NCBI RefSeq assembly: GCF_006345805.1
Contig: NC_043008.1
Span: forward strand, 38,750,001-38,814,000
DNA length: 64,000 nt
Direction: 5' to 3'
Source: Octopus sinensis
Lineage: Eukaryota
This document shows positions 41,084 through 53,879 of the stretch, piece by piece. The position numbers were made by a program, and so were the translations under genes. The notes under the pieces were generated by a model. The model searched no databases. It saw nothing but the letters and a program-made list of their open reading frames with translations, and was not told where the DNA came from. The first letter of the stretch is position 1; the number at the start of each line of letters is the position of its first letter.

Positions 41084-42211
41084 ATACACACGTGTGTATG
41101 TATATACATAGATACATACACACATACATACATACATACATACATACATACATACATACAAATAAACATACATACATACATTCAAACGCGCGCACGCACC
41201 AGTCAAAAGCAAATAAACTGTCTAAAGCACTCTACCGAATTCCTCAAGTACTAACGAATAATAATGAGGGACAGAACAATAGTCCAATGCATAATCATCA
41301 TCATCATCAGCAACAGCAGCAGCAGCAGCAACAGCGTCATTATCATGAGCACCATCATCATCATCATCATCATCTTCATCATCATCATCATCATCATCAG
41401 TATCATCACCATCATCATTATCTTCATTATCTCCGTATTAAACTGTAAAACTCTCCTGCCCTTGTAATAAGCAAGGAGACAGCTGCTCGTGACATTTGAG
41501 GGTCTTACGAACCGTGTTTGTGTGTCCAGGGAGTTGTGCGCACGCAAGTGCTTGTGTATGTGCGTGTGTGTATGTGTGTGTGCGTGTGTGTGTGTAGGTG
41601 TGTGCGTGTGCGTGTGTCTGTCTTTATATGTCAGAGTTTACATGTTTAAATGTGATTTTGTGTGTGTTTGAGTGTTTGTGTTTGTTGCGTGTGTGTGTGC
41701 ATGTCTGTATGCGTGTGTGTGCGCGTGTATGTGTGTGTGTGTGTGAGAGATTGCTGTGTTGCATGGTTTAAGCGAAGGTGGAATTTGTAGTGCGGTACAA
41801 ATAGACAGGAGGGCGTCCACACAAATGCTGTCAGTTGCTACGGCGTGCTAAGTAATCGCTGACACAACGTCGACCAGACCATGTGATTTCGCGCTGACAG
41901 ATGAGATATCCTCTTTAAATGCTCCCCAACCGCGACTGCCCAAAGCTTCTTCATCTTCCTCCTTCTTACTCTCTTATTCACAGTCCTTCTCTTCACATTT
42001 ATACTTGTCTTTCTATTTGCCCTTTCTCACCTTACAGTATCACATCCTCCCTCATCCTTTCTCTCCCCCCCTCTCTCTCATTACTTCGTCTTCTTTTCTA
42101 CACACACATACACATATACAAAGCTATGACAGTCGAGCCTAATTTGCATCACATTAGGTTAAGTTTCATTCTCAGAATCAATCCTTAGCCAGTTGATATT
42201 AAGTAGTGTAG

Positions 42212-42632
42212 GGCGGCGAGCTGGGAGAATCGTTAGCATGCCGGGCGAAATGCGTAGCTGTATTTCGTCTGCCGTTACGTTCTGCGTTCAAATTCCGCCG
42301 AGGTCGACTTTGCCTTTTATCCTTTCGGGGTCGATAAATTAAGTACCAGTAACGCACTGGGAACGATGTAATCGACTTAATACGTTTTTCTGTCCTTGTT
42401 TGTCCCCTCTGTGTTTATCCCCTTGTAGGTAGTAAAGAAATAGAAATAGGTATTTCGTCTGCCGTTACGTTCTGAGTTCAAATTCCGCCGAGGTTGACTT
42501 TGCTTTTCATCCTTTCGGGGTCGATTAAATAAGTACCAGTTACGCACTGGGGTCGATATAATCGACTTAATCCGTTTGTCTGTCCTTGTTTGTCCTCTCT
42601 GTGTTGAGTCCCTTGTGAGTATTAAAGAAATG
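42212..42632 (+). mobile_element. SINE family A dimer
   Basis: Full unit, then a second unit restarting at ggtatttcgtctg (42449). Confidence 0.85.
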
Positions 42633-42666
42633 GATATCAAGTGGCGCGATCTCCAGAACCGTCGAA

Positions 42667-42894
42667 TACAGTAATCCCCCGCCATATCGCGGTTCATCTA
42701 TCACAGTTTTTTTATTTAAGCTTACGTCTATTCCTCCGAGTTGTTATTTTGCATTTATAATAAAATAAACATATACAAATTATAAAAATAATTTCAAAAT
42801 ACATACAGTATAGTACTGTTTCTACTACGCAGATTTTCACCTATCGCGTGAGGTTTTGGAACGTAACACTCGCGATAGTTGAGGGATTACAGTA
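42667..42894. mobile_element. Tigger/pogo-type MITE
   Basis: TIRs TACAGTAATCCCCCGCCATATCGCG and CGCGATAGTTGAGGGATTACAGTA; TA termini. Confidence 0.65.
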
Positions 42895-43744
42895 ATATTG
42901 CGTGCTTCCTCTTAAACTTCATCCGTTTCACCACTTGTAGGCTGGAGATATATATTAAGCGGATGAATCAGGTTTGAGATTTTTGTTTTAATAAAGGTGC
43001 TGCTGCTAAATGAAAACAACTGCAGCTCGCCTTTGATAATTTCGCAGAAATTTTCCAGCGGGGAAACTGTTTTGAAATTAAAATCAAAAGAATTTTAGCA
43101 ACAACAGATTTGCCAGATTATATATAATCCTAATATATCACGAGTTTCTGTTTCAACCAAAGACCCTGTGTTGACAATAAATGCAACATGGATAATGTTT
43201 TCTGTTATATAGTTTTGGCATAGGAGAAATATTCAGGAATGCACAATAGTCTCTATATTACTGTGGTGTATCGCGCAATATATTCCAAATTTCAGTCACT
43301 TTCAAGAAATGGATAGGTAAAAACAGACGATATCAACCTAAAAGAAATTAAACCTAGTTTTGACTGGGTGAGTCAGATTATATGATTATGTCGCTAATGG
43401 TATCCCACTGCTGTAAGATGGCTTAGGAAAATAGATGTGGATTGAAGTTGTGTCTAAGATCCTGGAATAAGAAAATTGTGTGAATTTGCTTTTTGTCCAT
43501 ACTGTATTCAACGTTCCGGAAAAATGACCAAATTATTCAAAAAGAAAAGAAGCGACACAGTTAGATAGAGCAAAGAACGGGCTTTAAAATGATGTATAAA
43601 GTCAAAGTAATTTAATGAAAATTAATTTGAAAATACATCATTTAAAATCAAAATTTAAAATTCTGCAACAACTTTCTTGACAACCTAATATTAAACGAAG
43701 CTCTTCTAATGATCCTTTAACGTTATATAATCTCCCAGGTTTTC

Positions 43745-44127
43745 CAGGAGTTAAAGATTAATGAGGAGCTTCTGGTTACCGTGAAGTCCTTATACGAATG
43801 CCCAGATGTTTGTGTTCGAGTGAATGTGTGCCTAATTGAAACCTTTTATCGTGAGATTGGAACATTGTCTGATGTGCATTAACACTTCTCTTTTTCATAA
43901 TTTTTATAAGCTGGGTTGACATACACGGCTGTTGTGGAAGTGGTATAACAATCGATGGTTGTAAGATCGATCGGCTTATATTTACAGATGAGATGGAGCT
44001 ACTTAGATTAGCAGGAGGTGATTTCCAGCATGCATTGAATTGGTTTCCTGCCGAATGCCGTAAAGCAAGAGTGAAATTTGGTGTTGCGATGACTCAGACA
44101 TTGGCCCTCTCAACAAACTCTTCCTAA
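43745..44127 (+). pseudogene. RTE-clade LINE reverse transcriptase fragment
   Basis: QELKINEELLVTVKSLYECPDVCVRVN.. / CALTLLFFIIFISWVD..ITIDGCKIDRLIFTDEMELL..FQHALNWFPAECRKARVK; FADD is degenerated to FTDE (43981-43992); one frameshift. Confidence 0.8.
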
Positions 44128-44139
44128 TGCATTCTGAAT

Positions 44140-44330
44140 GCTCAGTGGTTGGACGCCAACGAAGCTCAACGGCACTCCTGAAGCCAAAGTTGCACCAGAA
44201 GAAGGTAATGGTGACTGTTTGGTGGTCTACAGGCGGTCTCACCCATCACAGCTTTATGAATCCAGGCAAAACCATTACGGCAGAGAAGTACTGTCAGTAA
44301 ATGGATGAAATGCATAAGAAACTCCGACAT
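44140..44330 (+). pseudogene. mariner (Hsmar1/SETMAR-like) transposase fragment
   Basis: AQWLDANEAQRH / KPKLHQKKVMVTVWWSTGGLTHHSFMNPGKTITAEKYCQ*MDEMHKKLR. Confidence 0.85.
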
Positions 44331-45337
44331 CACGGAGACAAGTGGAGAAGTTTGGGTATCTCGGGTTGTATTCACGAGTTAAGAAAGCCACGAATCTGAA
44401 CTGAATGCTAGAATTACAGTTTCGGCTATAGTAATGTCCCAGCTCCACCATTTCATCCTCAGAGGAGGTGAAGCTGGCAAAAAAGCCGAACTCGGTATCT
44501 TCAGTTTGGTTTTAATGCTTATTATCCCCTATGGTCATAAATATTGAGTAATGACCGAAAATGAACGATCACGATTACAAGCAGCCGGGGTGGGATTGCT
44601 TCACAGAGTATCTGGGGTAACGTTACTCAGCAGGATGCGTAGCTCAGAGTTCGGGTGTGTCACCAGGTCGAGCCGCCACTTCTCTGCCGACATGTAGTTA
44701 GGATGTCGCCGGAAAGAATCATAAGACGAACCCTTTAAGCCAAAATATTGCACGAACTAGGCTATAATGAAAGACACTTGCCGAAGTTGATGTACAGTGA
44801 AACGGAACCCGAAAGCGTATGGTTGCAACGCAAGCTTCTTAACCAGGTAGCCAGGCCTGCTCCTGATATGAGCGACTTTTTTTTATCGAAATTAATTATT
44901 CAAATGAACTATTATTGAAGAATTAGTTTACTAATGAAAAAAAGTTAAGGGATTAGTTGCCAGCATTGTAACACCGTATAAAATATAAAAATACACTCAA
45001 GCGGTTCTTTTAATCTCAACGATGCCTTTCCAGACAAGAAAACAAAAGAAGAATTGGAAAACAAGATAGGAAATTGTTAAATTCTAAGAGAGAGAAAGAG
45101 AGATAGAAAGTGGGAAAGAAAGAGAGAGAAAAAATTCCACAACGATGAATGGTTATCTTGTTTTTTACGCACCAGTTCTTCTTTTCAGAATCAGCGATGT
45201 GGAACTGTTTAACATTTTCTTATGCTTATTTTTATTTACGTTGAAGCCGACACAATACACTCCAACATACGCACACGCATTAAATACATACACATGCACA
45301 CACACACACTCACACTTTTACGCACACACATACTTAC

Positions 45338-45374
<37 letters not shown>

Positions 45375-45490
45375 TCATACATATATACAGATGCATATAC
45401 ATAAACATATATACGAATGCCTACTTATGTTTAAGCAGACAAACCAAGACACCAACCACCCTTCAACCCCTCTCTCTCTATTTCTTTGTA

Positions 45491-45525
<35 letters not shown>

Positions 45526-45700
45526 TATGTGTACGTTTATGTATCAATCTGTAAGATATATATAAACAGCCATACACGACTTCGTACGCATAACACACAC
45601 ATATATGTATGCATGTAGATATATATATATTATATATATAATATATATATATTATATACAGATAGATATATATATAACACCATACATAATATATATATAT

Positions 45701-45757
<57 letters not shown>

Positions 45758-46097
45758 GATAACATATATATATAATATGGCATATATATATATAGATACA
45801 TATGCATATATGTATACATATACCTTATATATATGATATATATATATGTGTGTGTGTATTATATAGGTATGTGTATGTTTGTAGATGTGCGTGTGATCGG
45901 TATGTGTGTATATGTGTATGTTTACATGTATGTATGTATGTATGTATGTATGTGTATGTGTATGCATGTGTGCGTTGGTGTACATTTGTGATTAGAAACG
46001 GAAAATTACCTCGTACGCAAAGTGGAATGTGTGTGTGTGGTGTGTGTGTGGTGTGTGTGTGTGAGCTTATGTGTGTGTGGTGTGTGGTGTGTGTGAG

Positions 46098-46134
<37 letters not shown>

Positions 46135-46679
46135 TGACTGTATTGTATTATTCTGAAAAACTGGAGCTATTTCAATCGTAAATCAAAGTTCCACAGTTCC
46201 GATTGTCCAAACGATTCCTTTGATGTTCGAGAAATAGGAAAATTAGAATTACGATTTTAAAACCCTCGTAATGTTATTCACACATACACAAACACACACA
46301 CACATATACATATATACACACACACAACACACACACACATATATATATATACACACACACACACAGTCATATGTATATACCACGTATTCTTTTATTCTTT
46401 TATCAATTTCAGTCATTTGACTGCGACCATGCTGTAGCACCACCTCGAAGGGCTTTAGCTGGGCGATTCGACTATTTGTGAAGCGTGGTACTTATTCTAT
46501 CGTCCCATGTGGCGAACTGCTACGTTACGAGGACGTAAACACTAGCACCGGTTGTCAAGCAGTGTTGGGGGACAAACAGCCATGAAGACATGCACTCATA
46601 CATATATACATAAATACACGCACGTACAGACACACATGCACACATATACACACAGAGTAGTTGGACAAAATAAGATTTT

Positions 46680-47644
46680 GATATAGGGTAGGACCGCCTT
46701 TGGCAGTAATTACAGCTTGAATTCTACGAGGTATGGACTCGTACAAAGTTTGAATTGTTTCCAAAGGAATTTTTGTACATTCTTCGGCAACAACAGTTTT
46801 CAGTTCTTGTAATGATGATGGTGGAGGATATCGACTCCTTACCTGTCTTTTCTAAAATGCACCATAAATGTTCAATAATATTGAGATCTGGGGACTGTAG
46901 TGGCCAGATAAGATGTTCAACTTCACTAGAATGTTCCTCGTAACAACTTTAGCTGTGTGAATTGGTGCATTATCATCCTGAAAGATTGCTTTTCCCCCGG
47001 AAACAGTTCCGCAATCATTGAGTGAATTTGATCAAATATATAAAATGCTTAAACATTCTTGACTATTAATTTTGCCAAGAAGGGAAACTGTTCAACAGTT
47101 GGAAGAAGGCAGTCTGGGTCAAATGCTTCTTTTGGCTCTCTCCACACCTATATGCGGCTGGTGGTCGGAAATAAAATAAAGGACGACTCGTCCGAGAAAA
47201 TAACGTTCTTCCACTGATCTAGAGATCAATTTTGTAGGTTTTTATTCCACTATAAACGCTTTGCTCGTTTGTTTTTGAAAGTAATGGTTTTCTGATTGCA
47301 GCCCTCCCGTCAAATCCGGCTTAGTGCAGCTCCCGGCGAAGAGTTTTTGTGGAAACTAGGTTCTAGAGGTGGCCATTAAGCTGTGCGGTAATTTTGGTAG
47401 CTGTACCTTTGTGGTCCTTTCTAACAATATGCGTATGAGTCCGACGGTTCCTATCTGAAAGTTATGGTTTTCTTCCGGAGTTTTGTTTCGACCAGGAGGG
47501 TTTTCCCTCTTTCTCAAAGGCTGTTATTACTTTCGAGACAGTACTTGTTGATACACCAAAAATTTCGACTGTTTTCTTTACGCTAGCGCCTGCTATTCGA
47601 GCACCAACAATTTGACGTCATTGAAAATCCGATAGATCTGTCAT
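46680..47644 (-). pseudogene. Tc1-family transposase pseudogene (DD34E type)
   Basis: MTDLSDFQ*RQIVGARIAGASV..; WKNVIFSDESSF; IFQDDNAPIH; WPLQSPDLNIIEHLW; ESIPRRIQAVITAKGGPTLY; several stops, frameshifts and an internal deletion; TIRs not recognised. Confidence 0.92.
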
Positions 47645-48400
47645 TTTAATGAATTTTAATTATCTTTTTCTGATGATATCTGAAAAGAAATAGCAATTTT
47701 AGCAAAACATATTAAGCAACAGGAATGATAAATCAAAAAACATAAAAATAAACAAGCTTATGACGGTTTTATAGATATTTCAAAATTATAATGCTACTTT
47801 TTCAATGTAGCAAAATTATAATGCTAAATTAAAATCCTCTTTTTTTCTGAACTGGTTTCAAAATACTTTAACTTTAGGTAACTACACTACTCCAGTCAAA
47901 CCGGCAGCAGAATTACTATTTACGTTAGTGGAGGAATTTTTCGTAACCCATTTTGTGCTTGAACGAAGAAAAGAAAACAAAGCGATCCCGGGTTTGATAT
48001 GAAATCACTCTAGATTCATTTTAGCATTATCGGTTAAAAAAAAAAAAAACTCTTTTCTCTGACCACTACATGATACTCAGCAACATTAGAGACTTAGTAA
48101 AAATAATGAACGAATTAAAATATTGCCAGCAAAGCATTAACATTAAACAGCAAGAAGAAAGACTGAGTTGGTAAATCATCATTTGCTAATCAGAATGAAA
48201 AACTATATCGACAATTAAAGAGCTGCAGAGGAAAACTGGGTAATTAAGAAAAGTCAAACTCGGAAGGCTGGTCTGAAGTCAGGCCTTTCGCAAGGAACAT
48301 TTTAGCACGCCCTCGTATATATATATATATATATACATATATTAGAAATATTAAATACTAAGTCTCTCTAAAGGAGATGACGGCAGCGTTACTGGAAATT

Positions 48401-48412
48401 AACGAATTGAAA

Positions 48413-48459
<47 letters not shown>

Positions 48460-48475
48460 AACTTTTCAATTCGTT
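48401..48475. repeat. Short inverted repeat enclosing (TA)n
   Basis: aacgaattgaaaagttta [(TA)n] taaacttttcaattcgtt, 18-bp arms. Confidence 0.8.
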
Positions 48476-49194
48476 TAAGGTAACTATAGGAGTGTGCAAA
48501 TAAAACACCTATTATGCCGGCTACCGTCTAATGTTCCTGACTTGTGAGTCAGATTTTGGGGTATTGCATCACGGTTATACCGATATAATGTAGGATAAAT
48601 ATAAAAATAGCAATATTTCTAGGATGGAATTCATAGATATTCAATACATCGCTACGTACGTTTCCACAAATCCCACAGCAATATATACATATACACGTGA
48701 GTGTGCGTAGGCATGTGGGTTTGTGGTTAGGTTGTTGCATTCATGAACGTAAAATTGTGGCTTCGGTTCCTGAACTGGGTTCCTGAGCAAAATACTTTTT
48801 GTTTCACGTTACTCCATTCCACTCAGCTGGCGAATGTGAGTAGACCTACGACGGAACAACGTACCATCGGGAAAAATAGGAATGTATATGTGTCACAGAA
48901 TTCAGGAAACCAGTCGTGTGGTCGTACGACATCATTAGCAATATTTAAGGCGGTGGGTTGGCAGTATCGTTAGCACGCTGGGCAAAATTCTTCGCTGCAT
49001 TTCTTCTGTCTTCGTGTTCTGAGTTCAAATTCAACCGAGGTCGACTTTGCCTTTCATGCTTTCGAGATCGATAAAATAAGTACCAGTTGAACACTGGGGT
49101 CGATGTAATCGACTCATCCCCTCCCACAAAATTTCTGACCTTGCGGCAAAATTTAAAACCCTTTTTATCGATATTTATTATTCTTTTATTATTT

Positions 49195-49565
49195 AATTTG
49201 TTTCAGTCATCTTGACTGCGGCCATGCTGTCGCACCGCCTTTAGTCGAACAAATTAAACCCCAAGACTTATTTTTTGTAAACCTAATATTTATTCTATCG
49301 GTCTCTCTTTCCGAACCGCTAAGTTACGGGGACGTAAACACACAACATCAATTGTCAAGCGCTGGTGGGGTGACAGACGCAGACACACAAACATACACAC
49401 ACACACACATACGACGGGTTTCTTTCAGTTTCCGTCTACCCAATCCACTCACGAGGCTTTGGTCGGCCAGAGAATGTAGTAGAAGACATTCGCCCAAGGT
49501 TCCACGCAGTGGTACTGAACCCAGAAACATGTGCTTGGCAAACAAGCTACTTACCGCACAGTAAC
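49195..49565 (-). mobile_element. SINE family B
   Basis: Colinear with 5513-5941. Confidence 0.8.
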
Positions 49566-50671
49566 TCATCGTTCTCACTCTACAATATTTTGTGGGGACT
49601 GCTCGAGTTTCCTCGATTTCTATTGTTTATTTTGTCGATGTCACTATTAACGATGTGTTGATGTTTTTTACTATGTCACTCAATGTGAGTCTCACATCAC
49701 ATAACCTACATATTGTGATACTAACTTACTGGGTCATTATGAACGCAGGCTTTGTCTTAGTTTCTTATGAGTTATTTCATTTCAAAACCATGTATGCAGC
49801 GTCATATTTACAGAACTGTATATACTTTATTTCTGGGTTACCGGGATAACCAATGGTTTCATGTACAGAGATCCTCACAATTGTCTAAGTGCAGCACATA
49901 ACAGTGATGGTACTTATCTCCATTTTGGATGAGAATAGAAGTATATATGCATATAGTTTAATACGTTTCAGACCTAAGGCTTTGGTCTCGCTGGAGTACC
50001 GCCATTGTAATGACTCTTCAGTTGCCAATCTTATGTGAATGAGACATTTCGGAACTGCATATATTATCTAGGTGTACACACATACAAGCACGATGGGATT
50101 CTGCATAGTTTCCGTCTGCCAAATTCCTACGTAATCTTGGAACGGCGCTATATTTGCCCAGGTTTCCTCAAAGTGAGATAGAAACCCGCACATACGGCTC
50201 TAACACGAGCTTCACGACCACATATCCCTGTCGGCGAGATGTATATGTATGCATGTATGTATATATTATGTATGTATGTATATATGTATGTCTGTGTATA
50301 TATATGTTTAAGGACGATGTTGTTACATGACATTCTTCATGAATCCGATCGTTTCGATTGAGCTGTTCGTCTACATTATTGCAATATTTTCTTTCTACAC
50401 ACACACACCCTTTACTCTTTTACTTGTTTCAGTCATTTGGCTGCGGCAGTGCTGGAGCACCGCCTTTAGTCGAGCACATCGACCCCAGAACTTATTCTTT
50501 GTAAGCCTAGTACTTATTCTATCGGTCTCTTTTTGCCAAACCGCTAAGTTACGGGGACGTAAACACACCAGCATCGGTTGTCAAGCGATGTCAGGAGGGG
50601 GGCAAACATAGACACAAACAAATACACACACACACACACATACACGCAAACACCACAATACATAATATTAT

Positions 50672-50705
<34 letters not shown>

Positions 50706-51304
50706 ATATATATATTATATAATATATATTTCAACAATTGAGGTAAAATTAATTAATTATTAATCAATTTCACCAAGTATTCAGTATGCAAAGGGACCAT
50801 TTAAGGCGAATTCAAATTATTACATTATATAAAAGGGCTTAGTAAAATAAATTACTTTGCCGCATACTGAACTCATTAGAAATAGTAGCTAAAAAAACTT
50901 TTTTAAAACTATTTCTATACTTAAAGAAAACCTCTCTCATATAGTGTTTGCTCAATTCAACTCACGAAAGTATGGGGGTAAAGACATTAAAAAATCAAAT
51001 GCAAAGGTTATTTTATATATATTTTATATATATTTTATATATATATATATATATAACAATTAAGGACAACTTCTTAATAAGGAATCTTAACAAGAAATTA
51101 TCAGGTAGATAGCGTGAAAGACCTCATAAGAGAAAAAATTTCGAAAATAATTCTTTCTTATTGAACATATTAATTTATATATAGAGGGCATTATTATACA
51201 TACATGCCACACGCTACGAGGGACAATTAGTCATTTCTACCAGAAATTTTACTTATCATATCCAATGCAATTTTTTCAAAGCAAGACATTTAAAAAATGA
51301 ATTT

Positions 51305-51367
51305 AATCTTGTATCACCTGTGATTTCGTACTTACCGCCATTAGCGACCATACTCGTCAGCAAGATT
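51305..51367 (-). ncRNA. Type I hammerhead ribozyme
   Basis: Reverse strand AATCTTG CTGACGA GTAT..GTAC GAAA TCAC AG GTGA TA CAAGATT. Confidence 0.8.
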
Positions 51368-51857
51368 GATTCTGACCATATCATAAATAAACGACCAGCC
51401 CCGTCAAAACCGAACTACTAACTGCTCGATCCCAACGACGCACATGGAGAAGTTTACATATAATACATCCGGTAAATGGCAGGCTTTTTTCGAATTGCAT
51501 TTCGGGTATGAAAAGTTTTTTCGGAATAAAATTATTTAACAATTAAGGACAACTTCTTAATAAGGAATCTTAACAAGAAATTATCAGGTAGATAGCGTGA
51601 AAGACCTCATAAGAGAAAAAATTTCGAAAATGATTCTTTCTTATTGAACATATTAATTTATATATAGAGGGCATTATTATACATACATGCCACACGCTAC
51701 GAGGGACAATTAGTCATTTCTACCAAAAATTTTACTTATCATATCCAATGCAATTTTTTCAAAGCAAGACATTTAAAAAATGTGCGTCGTTGGGATCGAG
51801 CAGTTAGTAGTTCGGTTTTGACGGGGCTGGTCGTTTATTTATGATATGTTCAGAATC

Positions 51858-51920
51858 AATCTTGCTGACGAGTACGGTCGCTAATGGCGGTAAGTACGAA
51901 ATCACAGGTGATACAAGATT
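51858..51920 (+). ncRNA. Type I hammerhead ribozyme, apparently intact
   Basis: Stem I AATCTTG/CAAGATT (7 bp), core CTGACGA, stem II GTAC/GTAC extended by CGC/GCG, GAAA, stem III ATCA(C)/(G)TGAT, AUA triplet; predicted cleavage after 51913. Confidence 0.82.
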
Positions 51921-52063
51921 AAATTCATTTTTTAAATGTCTTGCTTTGAAAAAATTGCATTGGATATGATAAGTAAACTTTTTGGTAGAAATGACTAATT
52001 GTCCCCCGTAGTGTGTGGCATGTATGTATAATAATGCCCTCTATATATAATATATATTATATA

Positions 52064-52114
<51 letters not shown>

Positions 52115-52779
52115 ACATATATACGACGGTCTTCTCTCAGTCTCCGTCTACCAGATCCACTCACAAGGCTTTGGTTGGCCCGAAGCTATAGTAGAAGACA
52201 TTTTCCCAAGGTGCCATGCAGTGGGACTGAACCCGGAACCATGTGGTTGGTAAGCAAGCTACTTACCACACAGCCACTCCTGCGCCTACATGTATATATA
52301 TAACATGGAATTAGGTGGACGTTATGTGGCCTGTCCACGTCGACAGTGAAGTCTCTGGTTATGGTTGCTGATCCATTTCTATTGCATTGCTGTTATCTTT
52401 TCTGTTTGTTTTTTTCTTTTTCTGTCAACGTCAGTAGTTTTCGTAATAAAAGTGGTGCTAAAGATGTTCGTAGTTAAGTGAAGGCCACTTCTGTTAATAC
52501 TTGTAGCGATCGGTGGGGAAGTCTCTTCACCATGTCCTCCTCCCACTTTTGTTATAACCTCTTCCTACCATTTCTTTCTCATTTGATGACGCTGTGTCAT
52601 TTATTCTTGACCGAAACAAGAAAACGGTTGCTTCCATTTGTTCTTAATCAGTTCTGCAACAAAATGGATAACAAGCAAGCAGTGGCTTTGTTTTTTTTGT
52701 GTGTGTGTTTGTTTCTTTTTGTTTTGTTTTTCATAATTTATGGAGCTATAAAAAATGTCTCAAATAGACAGGGGCAATA

Positions 52780-53053
52780 TCAACGACGACGACAACGACA
52801 ACAACAACAACAACAACAACAACAATAATAATAATAATAATAATAATAATAATTTCGAAAATACTCACTATGTTATTGCTGCTGCTGCTGATGATGATGA
52901 TGATAATGATGATGATGATAATGATGATGATGATGATGATGATGATGATGGTGGTGGTGATGGTGGTGGGAGAGGATCTCTGTTCCATCTCCGTCTTCGT
53001 ATTTCCCAACATCATCTTCATTATATTTACCCCCATCATCATAGACATCATCG

Positions 53054-53106
<53 letters not shown>

Positions 53107-53110
53107 GTGC
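52780..53110. repeat. Compound trinucleotide microsatellites (CAA/AAT/GAT/CAT)
   Basis: Visible directly; source of the poly-N/D/H/M ORFs. Confidence 0.9.
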
Positions 53111-53731
53111 ACAGCAGCGCGATATCAGTATCACATCAATTTACCATTATTGAAGTATTGGAGCTGAAAATTTGAGTGTTTCAGTCAATAATAGAATTAG
53201 CGGAAATATTAGTGGAACTTCCTGCCATCTCGGGTCAGACGTTCAAATTAAGAAAGTTGTCTTTAATTAGGCGTCGCTTTATTAGATCTACACTTCAAAC
53301 TGAGATATAAAATGGTATTCACTGAGCATTCATAATCTGTATTTTTCACTTTAATCGGTAGAGCATCGGACAAATTGCTTTGCTGTATTTACGTCAGACT
53401 AAATTCGTTCTTAGTTCAACTCCCACTAGTTTCGATTTTGCCCTTTCATCTCTTTGGCTCCCGATAACACGCAAGCACACACACACACACGCACACAGGC
53501 GCGCGCACAAACACACACACTCACACCTGTATTATACTCCAGGCGACCTATAAGACTTTTCCTACTAAATATCAAAAGCAGTGGTATTACGTCTGCGTTG
53601 GAAATCCTCCACATAATGTTATTAGCCAGTTTGTCAAAATATGTTTGAGTGTTAGGCTTTGAGCAAGTACGATTGTAGAACGAGATCGAAGACACGACCG
53701 AAGTAGTTAGCATCATCATCAGCTGTCTCAC

Positions 53732-53809
53732 CGTCGACGTCGTCATCGTGGACGTCGTCGCCGTCGTCAATAACTGGATTATATGAAGAGAAATAGATCT
53801 CCAGATTCA
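53732..53809 (-). CDS. Weak candidate 78-nt exon (phase 1-1)
   Basis: Reverse strand aattcttttcttttag|TGAATCTG...GTCGACG|gtgaga; the only open frame is xNLEIYFSSYNPVIDDGDDVHDDDVD; could be a decayed (GAC)n repeat. Confidence 0.25.
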
Positions 53810-53879
53810 CTAAAAGAAAAGAATTTTGAATTGCTCGAATGTCCTTGCCGATCATCTGGTATGGAATAAATGTATGTGA

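Larger units (their letters stand above)
50720..52050. mobile_element. Penelope-like non-autonomous element with direct + inverted pseudo-LTR arrangement and two HHRs
   Basis: Segment A (51054-~51300) is repeated directly at 51537-51782, then an inverted copy of B+A runs 51781-52050; copies differ by only a few substitutions; PLE assignment is inferred from architecture and HHR. Confidence 0.7.
50410..52290 (-). mobile_element. SINE family B split by an insertion into its internal microsatellite
   Basis: 3' half at 50410-50640 and 5' half at 52125-52290, on either side of the 50720-52050 element. Confidence 0.7.

Noticed and set aside
41251-41467. Poly-His/Gln ORF (also 52755-53175, 28782-29128, 35019-35468)
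   Set aside because: Trinucleotide microsatellites with no flanking domain or convincing splice signals.
44410-44480. CTGAGGA...GAAACTGTA on the minus strand (a similar remnant lies near 40005-40045)
   Set aside because: No stem II or stem I pairing next to the core; at best a heavily decayed remnant.
50775-50880. HHR-like CTAATGA + TTCAGTATGC/GCATACTGAA hairpin on the minus strand
   Set aside because: The core has G5 changed to A and GAAA is not adjacent to the stem; kept only as a 10-bp inverted repeat.
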